Counted from the stretch's first letter, positions 1 through 8,856 are shown. The stretch: 17,913 nt of DNA from Promethearchaeota archaeon (GCA_048938025.1 JBHLMP010000040.1:17378-35290), one strand, 5' to 3'. Notes: a model not told the origin generated them from the sequence alone. Program-made: numbers and translations.

Positions 1-2072
1 GAAATAACCATATCGGAAGCTTCTTTAGCTACATCAGTTCCTGTTATACCCATAGCTATCCCTGCATCGGCCATATTAAGGGCTAAAGAGTCATTTACTC
101 CATCACCCGTCATAGCAACTACTTTTTTGGCTTCTTGATATTTTTCTATAATATCTTCTTTATGCTCAGGAGATACTCTTGCAAATGCTTTAATCTTATT
201 AAAGTCAAAGAAGGTATTTACGTCTTTAATTTGGCTTCCTTCAAGAACAGTTTCACTTTCTTCAGTTATGATGCCAATTTGTGAAGCTATAGCTCTTGCT
301 GTCATCGTTGAATCACCTGTTATCATAATAACATCTACACCTGCTTCATGACATTCTATCACTGATTCTTTCACACCCTCTCTAGGAGGATCTAATATTG
401 TCACAAATCCAATATAGATCATTTCTGATTCGCATTGAACCCTACTTTCTTCTCCTTCGGGAGGTAACTCATCTAGCTTCTTATAAGCTAAGCTTAAAAT
501 TCGATAACCTTGATTTGCATAAAGATTTACTATATCCATTACTTTAGCTTTTATTTCATCAATAAATTTCACTTCATTATTATTGTATAAAATTGCAGAA
601 CATAAAGGGATTAATATCTCACTAGCACCTTTAGTAAATGAGTAGAACTTATCATCTCTTTTGTAAATTTTCGTCATGCGTTTTAAAGCAGAATCAAAGG
701 GAAATTCTGTGACTGATTCAAAATCATCAAGGAGATAATCCCCCATACCTTTTTGAAACAAAACCATTAAAGCTCCTTCTGTCGGAGATCCCACCACATT
801 CCAATTATATACAATTTTCTTAGGAGTTTCAATTTCGTTTTTTATCAGGGCAGAATTGTTATTTAAAAATCCAGAAATTAAAAGAAGTTTTAATTGAGGA
901 TAATCATCAATATGACGTACATACTCAGGATTTTTCGGATTATCCATTAAAATTATATCCCCATCTGGAGAATAACCACTACCAGTCACTCTATATAATG
1001 ATCCATTTGTCCAGACATGTTGAATCGACATTTGATTTTTAGTTAATGTTCCAGTTTTATCTGAGCACACCACACTAACACGACCTAAGCTGTCAACAGA
1101 GGCCAGATTTCTTATGATAACGCCATACCGCGCCATTGATAAAACTCCTGTGATTAATACTATCGTAACTAGCAATGGAATATTCAATGGCATTAAGTCA
1201 AGGGCAGAATTCAGACTTTCAACGATTTCAAGTCTATCAAATCCAGTAGCTGCCCATATAATCATTAATGTTATAAACCAGAAAATAAATATGATTAAGC
1301 CTAACCATTTACCAAAATGGTTCATTTTTTGACGAATAGGGATTTCACTTGTTCCGGCTTCCTCCAAGCCATGTGAAATTTTACCAATTTCAGTATCTCC
1401 CCCAGTTTTTACTATAATTGCTGTTCCATTTCCCATAGTTATATATGTCCCGTAAAAAACCATATTTTTACGATCGCTTATAGGAATTTCATTTTCACCT
1501 AATGTATCACCTTTCCTTAATTTTTTAACAGGTTCTGACTCTCCAGTAAGTGATGCCTCATTAACTTCTAGATTAAAAGACTGTATAATTCTAGCATCAG
1601 CAGGTATTTTATCTCCCTGACTTAGGATTAGTAAATCTCCTATAACTATATCTTTTGTAGGAATATCTTGTTTCTGATTATCTCTAATAACAGTTGCGGC
1701 TGGTGCTGATAATTCTCTTAATGCTTTTAACTTTTTTGTCGCCCTATATTGCTGAATTATAGCAACCATACAATTAAGAAAAACAATGCCTAAAGTCAAA
1801 GCTATAAAAAGTAGGCTTCCTTGTCCTCCAAAAACACTTGCTAAAAATAATATAAAAGCTCCGATTAAGTAAATTACGATTAACCAGTTAAAAAGAGGTG
1901 CTAGGTATATTTTGATAAATCCTTTTGATACTTTTGGTATTTCATTAGGACCATATTTCTCTAGCCGCTTGTTAGCTTCAGTGGTTGTTAAACCTTTATT
2001 AGGATCAGTCTGAATTTTTTGATAAATTTGTTCTAGCGCGAGATTATAAAAATTTTCTTCTACTTTTTCCAT
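1..2072 (-). CDS. P-type ATPase (P2-like scaffold, atypical M4 motif PLNIP); 3' end runs off the window
   Basis: Not in the ORF track; translated by hand. ATG at 2072 (MEKVEENFYNLALEQ...) stays open for 690 codons to the window edge. Motifs: YGPNEIP, QGDKIPADARI, NEASLTGES, CSDKTGTLT (D338), KGASE, DPPREGV, MITGDS, FARVSPEHK, MTGDGVNDSLAL, AMGITGTDVAKEASDMVI. Confidence 0.95.
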   Translation of the reverse strand, partial: MEKVEENFYNLALEQIYQKIQTDPNKGLTTTEANKRLEKYGPNEIPKVSKGFIKIYLAPLFNWLIVIYLIGAFILFLASVFGGQGSLLFIALTLGIVFLNCMVAIIQQYRATKKLKALRELSAPAATVIRDNQKQDIPTKDIVIGDLLILSQGDKIPADARIIQSFNLEVNEASLTGESEPVKKLRKGDTLGENEIPISDRKNMVFYGTYITMGNGTAIIVKTGGDTEIGKISHGLEEAGTSEIPIRQKMNHFGKWLGLIIFIFWFITLMIIWAATGFDRLEIVESLNSALDLMPLNIPLLVTIVLITGVLSMARYGVIIRNLASVDSLGRVSVVCSDKTGTLTKNQMSIQHVWTNGSLYRVTGSGYSPDGDIILMDNPKNPEYVRHIDDYPQLKLLLISGFLNNNSALIKNEIETPKKIVYNWNVVGSPTEGALMVLFQKGMGDYLLDDFESVTEFPFDSALKRMTKIYKRDDKFYSFTKGASEILIPLCSAILYNNNEVKFIDEIKAKVMDIVNLYANQGYRILSLAYKKLDELPPEGEESRVQCESEMIYIGFVTILDPPREGVKESVIECHEAGVDVIMITGDSTMTARAIASQIGIITEESETVLEGSQIKDVNTFFDFNKIKAFARVSPEHKEDIIEKYQEAKKVVAMTGDGVNDSLALNMADAGIAMGITGTDVAKEASDMVI

Positions 2073-2215
2073 ATTAATTCTACCATATGTTTGAATCAGA
2101 TTAAAAGAAATTTCTCTAAATTTTTCTTTTTAGATCTAATAAATAGACAATAACAATTATAATTTTTAATTTATTCCTTTTTTTATAAAAAGCGATTAGG
2201 ATATTATTTAATTAA

Positions 2216-3025
2216 CTAGGTGTTTTGTTTGTTTTTTTTTTTAATTCTTTTTAGAATTTTTCCCCAGTCAACATATACCAATAGGAACATTATTATGATA
2301 ACAGTTGCCCAAACTAATGAACTTGTCAAAATATCTAAAGGGGTACTAGGGGGTATATTCCCAGATTGAGCTGCCTCAAGATCAATACCAAATAAGTTGA
2401 ATAAAAAATCACCTAATGGAGTATCGGCATACCAAATGGGAAGGGCACTACATAGAAAGCAGAGTACAAATTTACCGATAAAAGTATATATTAAGGTTTT
2501 AACAAGACTATATTCTGCAAGTCCTAATACGATTAAGAAAGCATCATCAGGTAGGGGGGTTGCAGCAAATATAAATATTATTAATGGAGCCCACCCCTTC
2601 TCAACATATCCTTTCATTCGTTCAATACTTTCAACATCCCCTATCATTTCTTGTGAACCACGCCCAATTAGCCATGCTGTAGTTTCTCCTATACCTGCTC
2701 CTAAACCTCCAATAAGACCCAATAATAAGGGATTTACTCCAGGGATTACAGCGGAAACTACAATCAAGGCGATTACATATGGAACTGGGAAAATGACTGT
2801 GAAATTCCCAAATATACTTATAGCAAAGACCCCTATATAGATTCCAACATCTCCAAATTTCTTATCAAACCATATAATTGTATCTGCGAGCCATTGACCG
2901 AAGTTAATTTTAGCCACTGCCAAAATTACAAATAATAATAATATTCCGCTGATAAAGAGGAGACCGCCATATTTTCTAAGAAAAGACTTCTTCCTTTCTT
3001 GAATATTTGGAGATTTTTCAGTCAT
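2216..3025 (-). CDS. DedA/VTT-domain (SNARE-associated Golgi protein family) membrane protein, VMP1-like
   Basis: 269 aa and hydrophobic. Has re-entrant-loop motifs FPVP and TPLP-DD, GxGAGIGETTAWLIGR and TFIGK, the pattern of the DedA/VTT superfamily. Confidence 0.85.
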   Translation of the reverse strand: MTEKSPNIQERKKSFLRKYGGLLFISGILLLFVILAVAKINFGQWLADTIIWFDKKFGDVGIYIGVFAISIFGNFTVIFPVPYVIALIVVSAVIPGVNPLLLGLIGGLGAGIGETTAWLIGRGSQEMIGDVESIERMKGYVEKGWAPLIIFIFAATPLPDDAFLIVLGLAEYSLVKTLIYTFIGKFVLCFLCSALPIWYADTPLGDFLFNLFGIDLEAAQSGNIPPSTPLDILTSSLVWATVIIIMFLLVYVDWGKILKRIKKKNKQNT

Positions 3026-3073
3026 AATATTCTCTTTTTAAATACTAATTATCAATTTAATGAAATAATTATA

Positions 3074-5944
3074 TTAAAAATTTATATTCTTATTTCTAGC
3101 AAAATATTTCACAACTTCTATTCCAACTATTCCTGGAAGGGCAAATAATACACAGACTAACCAGTCTAAGCCGCTTAAGAACATAAAGTTTATTTGAAAA
3201 TTAAGACCACTAACATCATTAATATAATAGTTTATTTGATAAGAGAAACAGATATGAAGGATATGAAATCCTAAAGTGAATAAACATACAATTAAAACTG
3301 CAATGCTTAATTCTTCTTTTAAAGTTTTAAGAATTGATTTGTTCGGTCTCCTAAAAGCCCATATAAAATTAGTTTCTGCAATATATAAGGTTGTTATAAA
3401 CATAGTTCTTGCTTTTTGAGCTAACCATTCTTCTGAATCAGATACTAAATAACTTAAATTAGAATTTAAATTCCATTCATTTAATGGAATCAATCCATTG
3501 ATCGTTAATTGAAGAACTAAGATTAAACCCATTCCCATTAAAAATGCTTGAATTAACAACAATTTCCATATATTTTTATTTAAAAGTTCTTCTTCGTCTC
3601 TGGGTGGATCTTGCATAATGTCTTTAGGATATGTATCGATAACTAACGCTAAAGATGGTAGTGAATGGACAATTCCAAAGATATAAATATGTTGCCATTC
3701 AGAACTAAAAAGTTCAAAATATGGAATAAATTCATAAGTAAAGAAAATAAATGCTTCCATAATGTTTAAACAAATAAAGAAATAAATGATTGTACGGATT
3801 TTAGCAAATAAGCCACGTCCAATTTGGACACCCTTAACAATTGATGTAAAATTATCATCAGAAATTACCATATCGGCGGTTTCTTTAGCTAAATCAGTTC
3901 CTGTTATTCCCATAGCTATTCCAGCTTGAGCTTTTTTCAATGCTGGTGAATCATTGATTCCATCACCTGTCATTGCTACTATTTTATCCTGTTTTTGGTA
4001 ATTTTCTACTATTATTTCTTTATCAGTTGGTTCCACCCTCGCGAAAACAGATACTTTGTTGAAATCTTCTAAACTTAGTTTTTCGATCTCAGAGCCCTCA
4101 ATTACTAAATCCCCTTCTTTAAAAATACTCATCTGTGTGGCTATAGTTTTTGCTGTTGCGGGGTGATCTCCCGTTATCATAGCGACTTTTATCCTTCCTG
4201 ATTGACATTCTTCAATTGATTCTTTAACTCCAACTCGAGGGGGATCTAATATGGATACAAAACTTAGGAAAATTAAATCTTTCTCAATAAAATCTCTTTC
4301 TTGATAATTATTATTTTGTACTTGCTTATATGCTATAGCTAAGGTCCTATAACCTTCATTTGCACGTAATTCTATTTCATTTAATATCTCATGTTTTAAA
4401 TCATTATTAAAAGCTTGAATTTTACCATTAATTTCAATCTGAGAGCAAAAAGTAAATAATATTTCAGGAGCTCCTTTAGAGAAAGCATATAATATATTTT
4501 TACTATGACTAACCATACAAATTGTAGTCATTCTTTTTAATTCAGATTCAAATGAAAATTCTTTTAAAATTTTATATTTGTTTTTGATATCATAGGTGAT
4601 ATATCCTGCTATTTCAGCAAGGACTAATAAAGAAGCTTCGGTAGGAGAACCTAATGCTCTTCTGACAGCTATTTCTTTCATATTTTTAACTCGTACTTTG
4701 ACGTCTTCATATATTAAATTTGCATTGTTATTAAGAACAATAGCATCAATAAACTTTCGAAAGGTTATATTATCATTTAATTTAATTTTAATCCCATCTT
4801 TCAAAATTTCACCTTCAGCATTATATCCTGAGCCTGTAACATCATATTCTATATTATTTAACCAAAATTTCTTAACTGTCATCTCATTTTTCGTAATAGT
4901 TCCAGTTTTATCAGAACATATTACAGATACTCGACCAAGAGATTCAATAGCAGACAAATTTTTTATGATAACTCCACTTTGAGCTATTTCAAGTACGCCA
5001 GTTATTAAGACTAAAGTTGACAATAATGGTAAATTAAAGGGAACAACATTAATGGATCTTAAGATGGAACTAACTAATGCTTCGCCAATGAAATCTTCAT
5101 TAAAATCTCCTTCTATGGCTAAAAATATAAGTTTATAAGTTATTAATATAGATAAAATAAAGATTGCAATAAATCCTAAGATATATCCCAATCTATTTAA
5201 CTTTCTAGTGAGAGGGATATCTTCAATACTCCCCATTTCATTTAACTGCACTGAAATTTTTCCTATTTCTGTGTTAACACTAGTTCCTGTTACTAATGCT
5301 TTACATCTACCTGTATTAACATATGTTCCCATAAAAACCATATTAATTTGTTCTTGAATAGGTAAATCTTTTACTTGTAAGACAGAAGTGACTTTTTCTA
5401 CTGGCTCTGATTCTCCGGTAAGACTAGCTTCATTAACAGTAAGATTCATAAGTTCAATTATTCTAGCTTCAGCAGGAACTTTATCACCTTGCTCTAATAA
5501 AATAATATCGCCAGGAACTAACTCTCTGGTAGGAATTTCAAATTGTAAACCATCTCTTAGAACCGTCGCCTTTAGAGCAGCAATTTTTTTTAAAGATTCT
5601 AATGCTTTCTGTGCTCTAAATTGCTGTATTACAATAGTTATAGAGTTGATAAAAACTACAACAAAAATTATTGATGCAGAACCAGGAGATCCCAAAATAG
5701 CAATAAAGGTTCCAGAAATTATTAAAATCACAATTAAGAAATTAAAAATTGGAGATAAATATATTTTCCATAATGATTTTTTTATTTTTGGTAGTTCGTT
5801 ATATCCAAATTTAAAGTATCTCTCTTTTAATTCTATAGAATTTAAACCATAGTCACGATTTGTATTAAATTTCTTAATTAAATCCTTTATAGATTGATAA
5901 TAATATCTATTATCAGAAGAATTAGAAAATTTATCTGGGGACAT
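3074..5944 (-). CDS. P-type ATPase (P2-like scaffold, atypical M4 motif PFNLP, His in M6)
   Basis: 956 aa. Motifs: NEASLTGES, CSDKTGT (D345), KGAPE, DPPR, MITGDH, TGDGINDSPAL. About 10 hydrophobic segments. Transported substrate uncertain. Confidence 0.95.
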   Translation of the reverse strand: MSPDKFSNSSDNRYYYQSIKDLIKKFNTNRDYGLNSIELKERYFKFGYNELPKIKKSLWKIYLSPIFNFLIVILIISGTFIAILGSPGSASIIFVVVFINSITIVIQQFRAQKALESLKKIAALKATVLRDGLQFEIPTRELVPGDIILLEQGDKVPAEARIIELMNLTVNEASLTGESEPVEKVTSVLQVKDLPIQEQINMVFMGTYVNTGRCKALVTGTSVNTEIGKISVQLNEMGSIEDIPLTRKLNRLGYILGFIAIFILSILITYKLIFLAIEGDFNEDFIGEALVSSILRSINVVPFNLPLLSTLVLITGVLEIAQSGVIIKNLSAIESLGRVSVICSDKTGTITKNEMTVKKFWLNNIEYDVTGSGYNAEGEILKDGIKIKLNDNITFRKFIDAIVLNNNANLIYEDVKVRVKNMKEIAVRRALGSPTEASLLVLAEIAGYITYDIKNKYKILKEFSFESELKRMTTICMVSHSKNILYAFSKGAPEILFTFCSQIEINGKIQAFNNDLKHEILNEIELRANEGYRTLAIAYKQVQNNNYQERDFIEKDLIFLSFVSILDPPRVGVKESIEECQSGRIKVAMITGDHPATAKTIATQMSIFKEGDLVIEGSEIEKLSLEDFNKVSVFARVEPTDKEIIVENYQKQDKIVAMTGDGINDSPALKKAQAGIAMGITGTDLAKETADMVISDDNFTSIVKGVQIGRGLFAKIRTIIYFFICLNIMEAFIFFTYEFIPYFELFSSEWQHIYIFGIVHSLPSLALVIDTYPKDIMQDPPRDEEELLNKNIWKLLLIQAFLMGMGLILVLQLTINGLIPLNEWNLNSNLSYLVSDSEEWLAQKARTMFITTLYIAETNFIWAFRRPNKSILKTLKEELSIAVLIVCLFTLGFHILHICFSYQINYYINDVSGLNFQINFMFLSGLDWLVCVLFALPGIVGIEVVKYFARNKNINF

Positions 5945-6080
5945 AAGGAATTTAATCAGATTATTTAGGTTAAAATAATAATTATTCTAAGAGTGTATTT
6001 TTTTTAATAATTTATTATTTTAAAGTTATTTAATTTCTTAAAAATAAAGAGTTATGAAATTTAGGGTAAAGAGTCTAGTG

Positions 6081-7037
6081 TTATTTGCGAGGATCTCCTA
6101 AAATATCTACCAAAAAGTGATATTTTTTTCTTATAGTTGTACTCGAAAATTTAGTAATCTCTTCAATAAGACTTTGAGTAAAAACTTTTCGTTCTTTACC
6201 TAAAGTTTGACCAATATAATAAATCAATCCTGCAGTGAAGGCTTTATAATTTAAATTTTTTAAATGATCATAAGAGATGTTTATAAGATACTCATCTGCC
6301 ATAAGCATCATATCTAGTTTTAATTTATTAAACTGCTTTTCTGTCTTAATTTGTTCATGGACTTTCTCAAATGCAATTCCATTTAAAGCTTTTTGAAATA
6401 CAATTTTTATTTTATCTTTAATATCTTTTTCTATATCTGAAACATTTTTGTACTTTTTCTTTAACATTTTCTCAGTTCGGTTCATCTTTAACATAGCATT
6501 ATTCAGCATTTTCTTATTTATCTTATGTCCTAATTCTCTTGCTACTTTTATAAATTCTTCAATCCGTATATTAGTAGTATCTTTAATTTCCATCCAAACA
6601 ATAGCTAAAAAAATAATCACCATGTTCTGATACGTATGTCTATGATATTTATTGTATTTCAGATATCTATCCTTAATTGTTTGGTATTTAATTGAATCTA
6701 TATTCAATCCAATTCCATAACTCTTAAGAAGTTCAATTGTTTTTTTTTGTTCAGTAAAATCAGATTCATAATCACGAAACCATTTCTCAAGTGTTTTTAT
6801 CCGTTCATATTTTTCTTTAATTATAGGATCTTGCAGAGCTTTAGAATCACTTATTCTAATTCTCCTTTCATAATCTCTCTGTGAATCAGAATCACTAAGA
6901 TAAAGATCTCCTTCAAATACTACATTTCCCTCTAAGATTAAACCACAATCTTGGCAAACATAAAATCCTGCATCTTGCTTTATGTTTTTATGTTGACAAC
7001 TTGAGATTTCCAGATTAATATCTTTCCTTTTTTTCAA
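6081..7037 (-). CDS. Highly divergent TFB/TFIIB-like protein (Zn ribbon plus cyclin-like repeats)
   Basis: N-terminal CQH...GFYVCQDCGLIL Zn ribbon. The C-terminal KAFTAGLIYYIG...FTQSLIEEITKFSSTTIRKKY resembles TFB repeat 2 and its HTH (AAALYIA...TQREVAEVAGVTEVTVRNRY). TTG start. Confidence 0.7.
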   Translation of the reverse strand: MKKRKDINLEISSCQHKNIKQDAGFYVCQDCGLILEGNVVFEGDLYLSDSDSQRDYERRIRISDSKALQDPIIKEKYERIKTLEKWFRDYESDFTEQKKTIELLKSYGIGLNIDSIKYQTIKDRYLKYNKYHRHTYQNMVIIFLAIVWMEIKDTTNIRIEEFIKVARELGHKINKKMLNNAMLKMNRTEKMLKKKYKNVSDIEKDIKDKIKIVFQKALNGIAFEKVHEQIKTEKQFNKLKLDMMLMADEYLINISYDHLKNLNYKAFTAGLIYYIGQTLGKERKVFTQSLIEEITKFSSTTIRKKYHFLVDILGDPRK

Positions 7038-7189
7038 AAAAAAACCAATTAATGAATTTAATTTAGATATAAACAGATTTTCTTTAAAAATAATAATATA
7101 TAAAAATTTTTATAAACTTCAAAAACAATAATAAGTAAAAATATAAAGAAATAAAAAATTTTTCTTATGTTTTTAAAAGTTCAAGGTGA

Positions 7190-7762
7190 ATGAAAAAAAT
7201 GGAGTACAAAGCAGTTGTAAAAGCGATTGAAATTATTAGTGCTTATTTAATTATTCTTTCAATAATGGAACTTGTTTTTATTGTATCATTACTTTTTACA
7301 GAAATTAATGTTTTTCCAGAGATACTTCCTTTACAAGAAGTAATCTTTTCCTCAGATTTTATAGATATCTCTGGCTCGATATTATTGATATTTTTAATAA
7401 TTTGTATGGTTTTCTTTTTAATTCTAGGAATTCATATGCTAAGATTTACACTAAATAATAAGATAGAAAATAAATCATTAGCAAAATATTTAGTACTACT
7501 TGGTATGGTAATATTATTAGGAGCATTTGTTAAAATGGATTATCTAGTATTATTAGGAAAAACAAAGATTGACACCGTTTTAGGTTCTATACCATTTCAA
7601 ACTGCACTTTATGATTCTACTATTACTCCACTTATAGCTGGTGTTTTTTGGGTATTTTTTATATCTGTTATAATTTGTTTCTTAATTACAGGTTTAATAG
7701 TTGCTACTGCTGGAATAAAATGGACTTTATTAATTGAAAGAGAAGAACCTTCAAATTCTTAA
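7190..7762 (+). CDS. Hypothetical membrane protein (about 4 TM)
   Basis: 190 aa ORF with four long hydrophobic stretches. The AGGTGA SD at 7184-7189 suggests the true start is the second ATG at 7199. Confidence 0.75.
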   Translation: MKKMEYKAVVKAIEIISAYLIILSIMELVFIVSLLFTEINVFPEILPLQEVIFSSDFIDISGSILLIFLIICMVFFLILGIHMLRFTLNNKIENKSLAKYLVLLGMVILLGAFVKMDYLVLLGKTKIDTVLGSIPFQTALYDSTITPLIAGVFWVFFISVIICFLITGLIVATAGIKWTLLIEREEPSNS

Positions 7763-7809
7763 ATTAATTAGAAATTAGAAAAAAATAAAAACAACTAAAA
7801 GGAAAAAAA
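7763..7809 (-). terminator. Probable U-rich archaeal terminator downstream of tfb
   Basis: The - strand reads TTTTTTCCTTTTAGTTGTTTTATTTTTTT immediately after the tfb stop, between convergent genes. Confidence 0.4.
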
Positions 7810-8736
7810 TTAATTTAATTTCATTTTGATTTGTTTGGCCCTACTGCGCAATGTCACTTCTGTGATTTTTGCTATATCAGCTACTAGAGATTGGGTTTTT
7901 CTAATCGAACCATCCTTTGCTGCGATATAGATACAAGCTGCTGCTAAACCTTTAGGATCCTTACCAGTTCTTTTTAATCCATTTTTAGAAGCCCTTCTTA
8001 ACATATTGATAGCTTTTTTTTGAATCTTTATAGGTAGATCTAATTCATTTCCAAATCGAAATACTAAACTTTCAGCAGTAATTGGTTGATATCTTAGCTT
8101 TAACTCCGGTAAAACTTCCCGAATTATCATTGCCAGACTTCTATGGACCGTTCTTCTTGGTGTTAATGATGCCTCACATACCTCATCTAGTAATCGTGGA
8201 AAATCATGTACTCTAATTGCCGCATATAAAGACCCCGCAATAAATCCATTAATTGATCTTCCCATAGTTAACTTCTTTTTCGCAACAATACTATATATCT
8301 TCCATGCTGTTTCTGCTATATATTCAGGTATGTTAAGCTTAGAAGTAAGCATCTTTAATTTAGGTTTAGCTTCCCAAAAATTTCGTTCAATACTACTTAT
8401 AAGTGAATTTTGAATTTTTGATAAACGAGAAAAAAGAGCCTGTTCTTTTGGTCCTATTGATTTACCTTTCGAATCTATCTTTGTAGTAGGTAACATAGTC
8501 CTTGGACCAAAATCTCTCCATCTAGGTTCAGTTCTACGTCGATTTTGTATTTCTTCGATTGTATATGCTCTCCTCTCGTTCCCAACAAATGTTCTTTCAA
8601 ATATAATTCCGCAATTTAAACAAACTTTATTTCCATCTCGAGCTTCAATGCTAGGATTATCACAACATTGAGATTGAGATAAATTATCTTGATCAATATT
8701 ATTATTTCTTATTAAATGACGATAATTGTTATTCAT
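7810..8736 (-). CDS. tfb: Transcription initiation factor IIB (TFB)
   Basis: Zn ribbon CC...DGNKVCLNCG. Two cyclin repeats with GRSINGFIAGSLYAA and GKDPKGLAAACIYIA. HTH TQSLVADIAKITEVTLRSR. GGAG SD upstream of the ATG. Confidence 0.93.
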   Translation of the reverse strand: MNNNYRHLIRNNNIDQDNLSQSQCCDNPSIEARDGNKVCLNCGIIFERTFVGNERRAYTIEEIQNRRRTEPRWRDFGPRTMLPTTKIDSKGKSIGPKEQALFSRLSKIQNSLISSIERNFWEAKPKLKMLTSKLNIPEYIAETAWKIYSIVAKKKLTMGRSINGFIAGSLYAAIRVHDFPRLLDEVCEASLTPRRTVHRSLAMIIREVLPELKLRYQPITAESLVFRFGNELDLPIKIQKKAINMLRRASKNGLKRTGKDPKGLAAACIYIAAKDGSIRKTQSLVADIAKITEVTLRSRAKQIKMKLN

Positions 8737-8839
8737 TTTAATTCTCCAAGCATATGGTAGAGATAATATTAGCTTTTCAAAATTTTATACAAAACTAGAC
8801 CTTATTAAACATTTAATAGAATATATTATCCCAGTTTAG

Positions 8840-8856
8840 CTTTTAAATCTTTGCTT
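8840..8856 (-). promoter_or_regulatory. Candidate BRE-TATA promoter for tfb
   Basis: The - strand reads AAGCAAAGATTTAAAAG (purine-rich BRE followed by TTTAAAA), about 105 nt upstream of the ATG. The AT-rich background limits certainty. Confidence 0.35.

Noticed and set aside
1-59. Near-identical copy at 3861-3919 (53 of 59 nt)
   Set aside because: It encodes the highly conserved AMGITGTD P-domain segment of the two paralogues. Protein constraint and codon bias explain it, so it is not a mobile repeat. Gene conversion cannot be shown here.
3074-5944. Calling the ATPases Ca2+-ATPases or bona fide P4 flippases
   Set aside because: The Ca2+ site II ligands are missing. P4 hallmarks (DGET, PISL, M5 Lys, CDC50 partner) are also missing.
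1114-6630. Plus-strand ORFs 1114-1332, 2397-2840, 4596-4982, 5388-5852 and 6448-6630
   Set aside because: They are antisense shadows fully inside well-supported minus-strand genes and show no recognisable motifs.
7021-7045. T and A homopolymer runs around the TTG start of the TFB-like gene as a phase-variation switch
   Set aside because: Such runs are common across this AT-rich window and the frame is intact.
7190-7762. 4-TM protein as a CDC50-like beta subunit for the ATPases
   Set aside because: CDC50 has two TMs and a large exoplasmic domain. The topology and size do not fit, and the gene is on the opposite strand.
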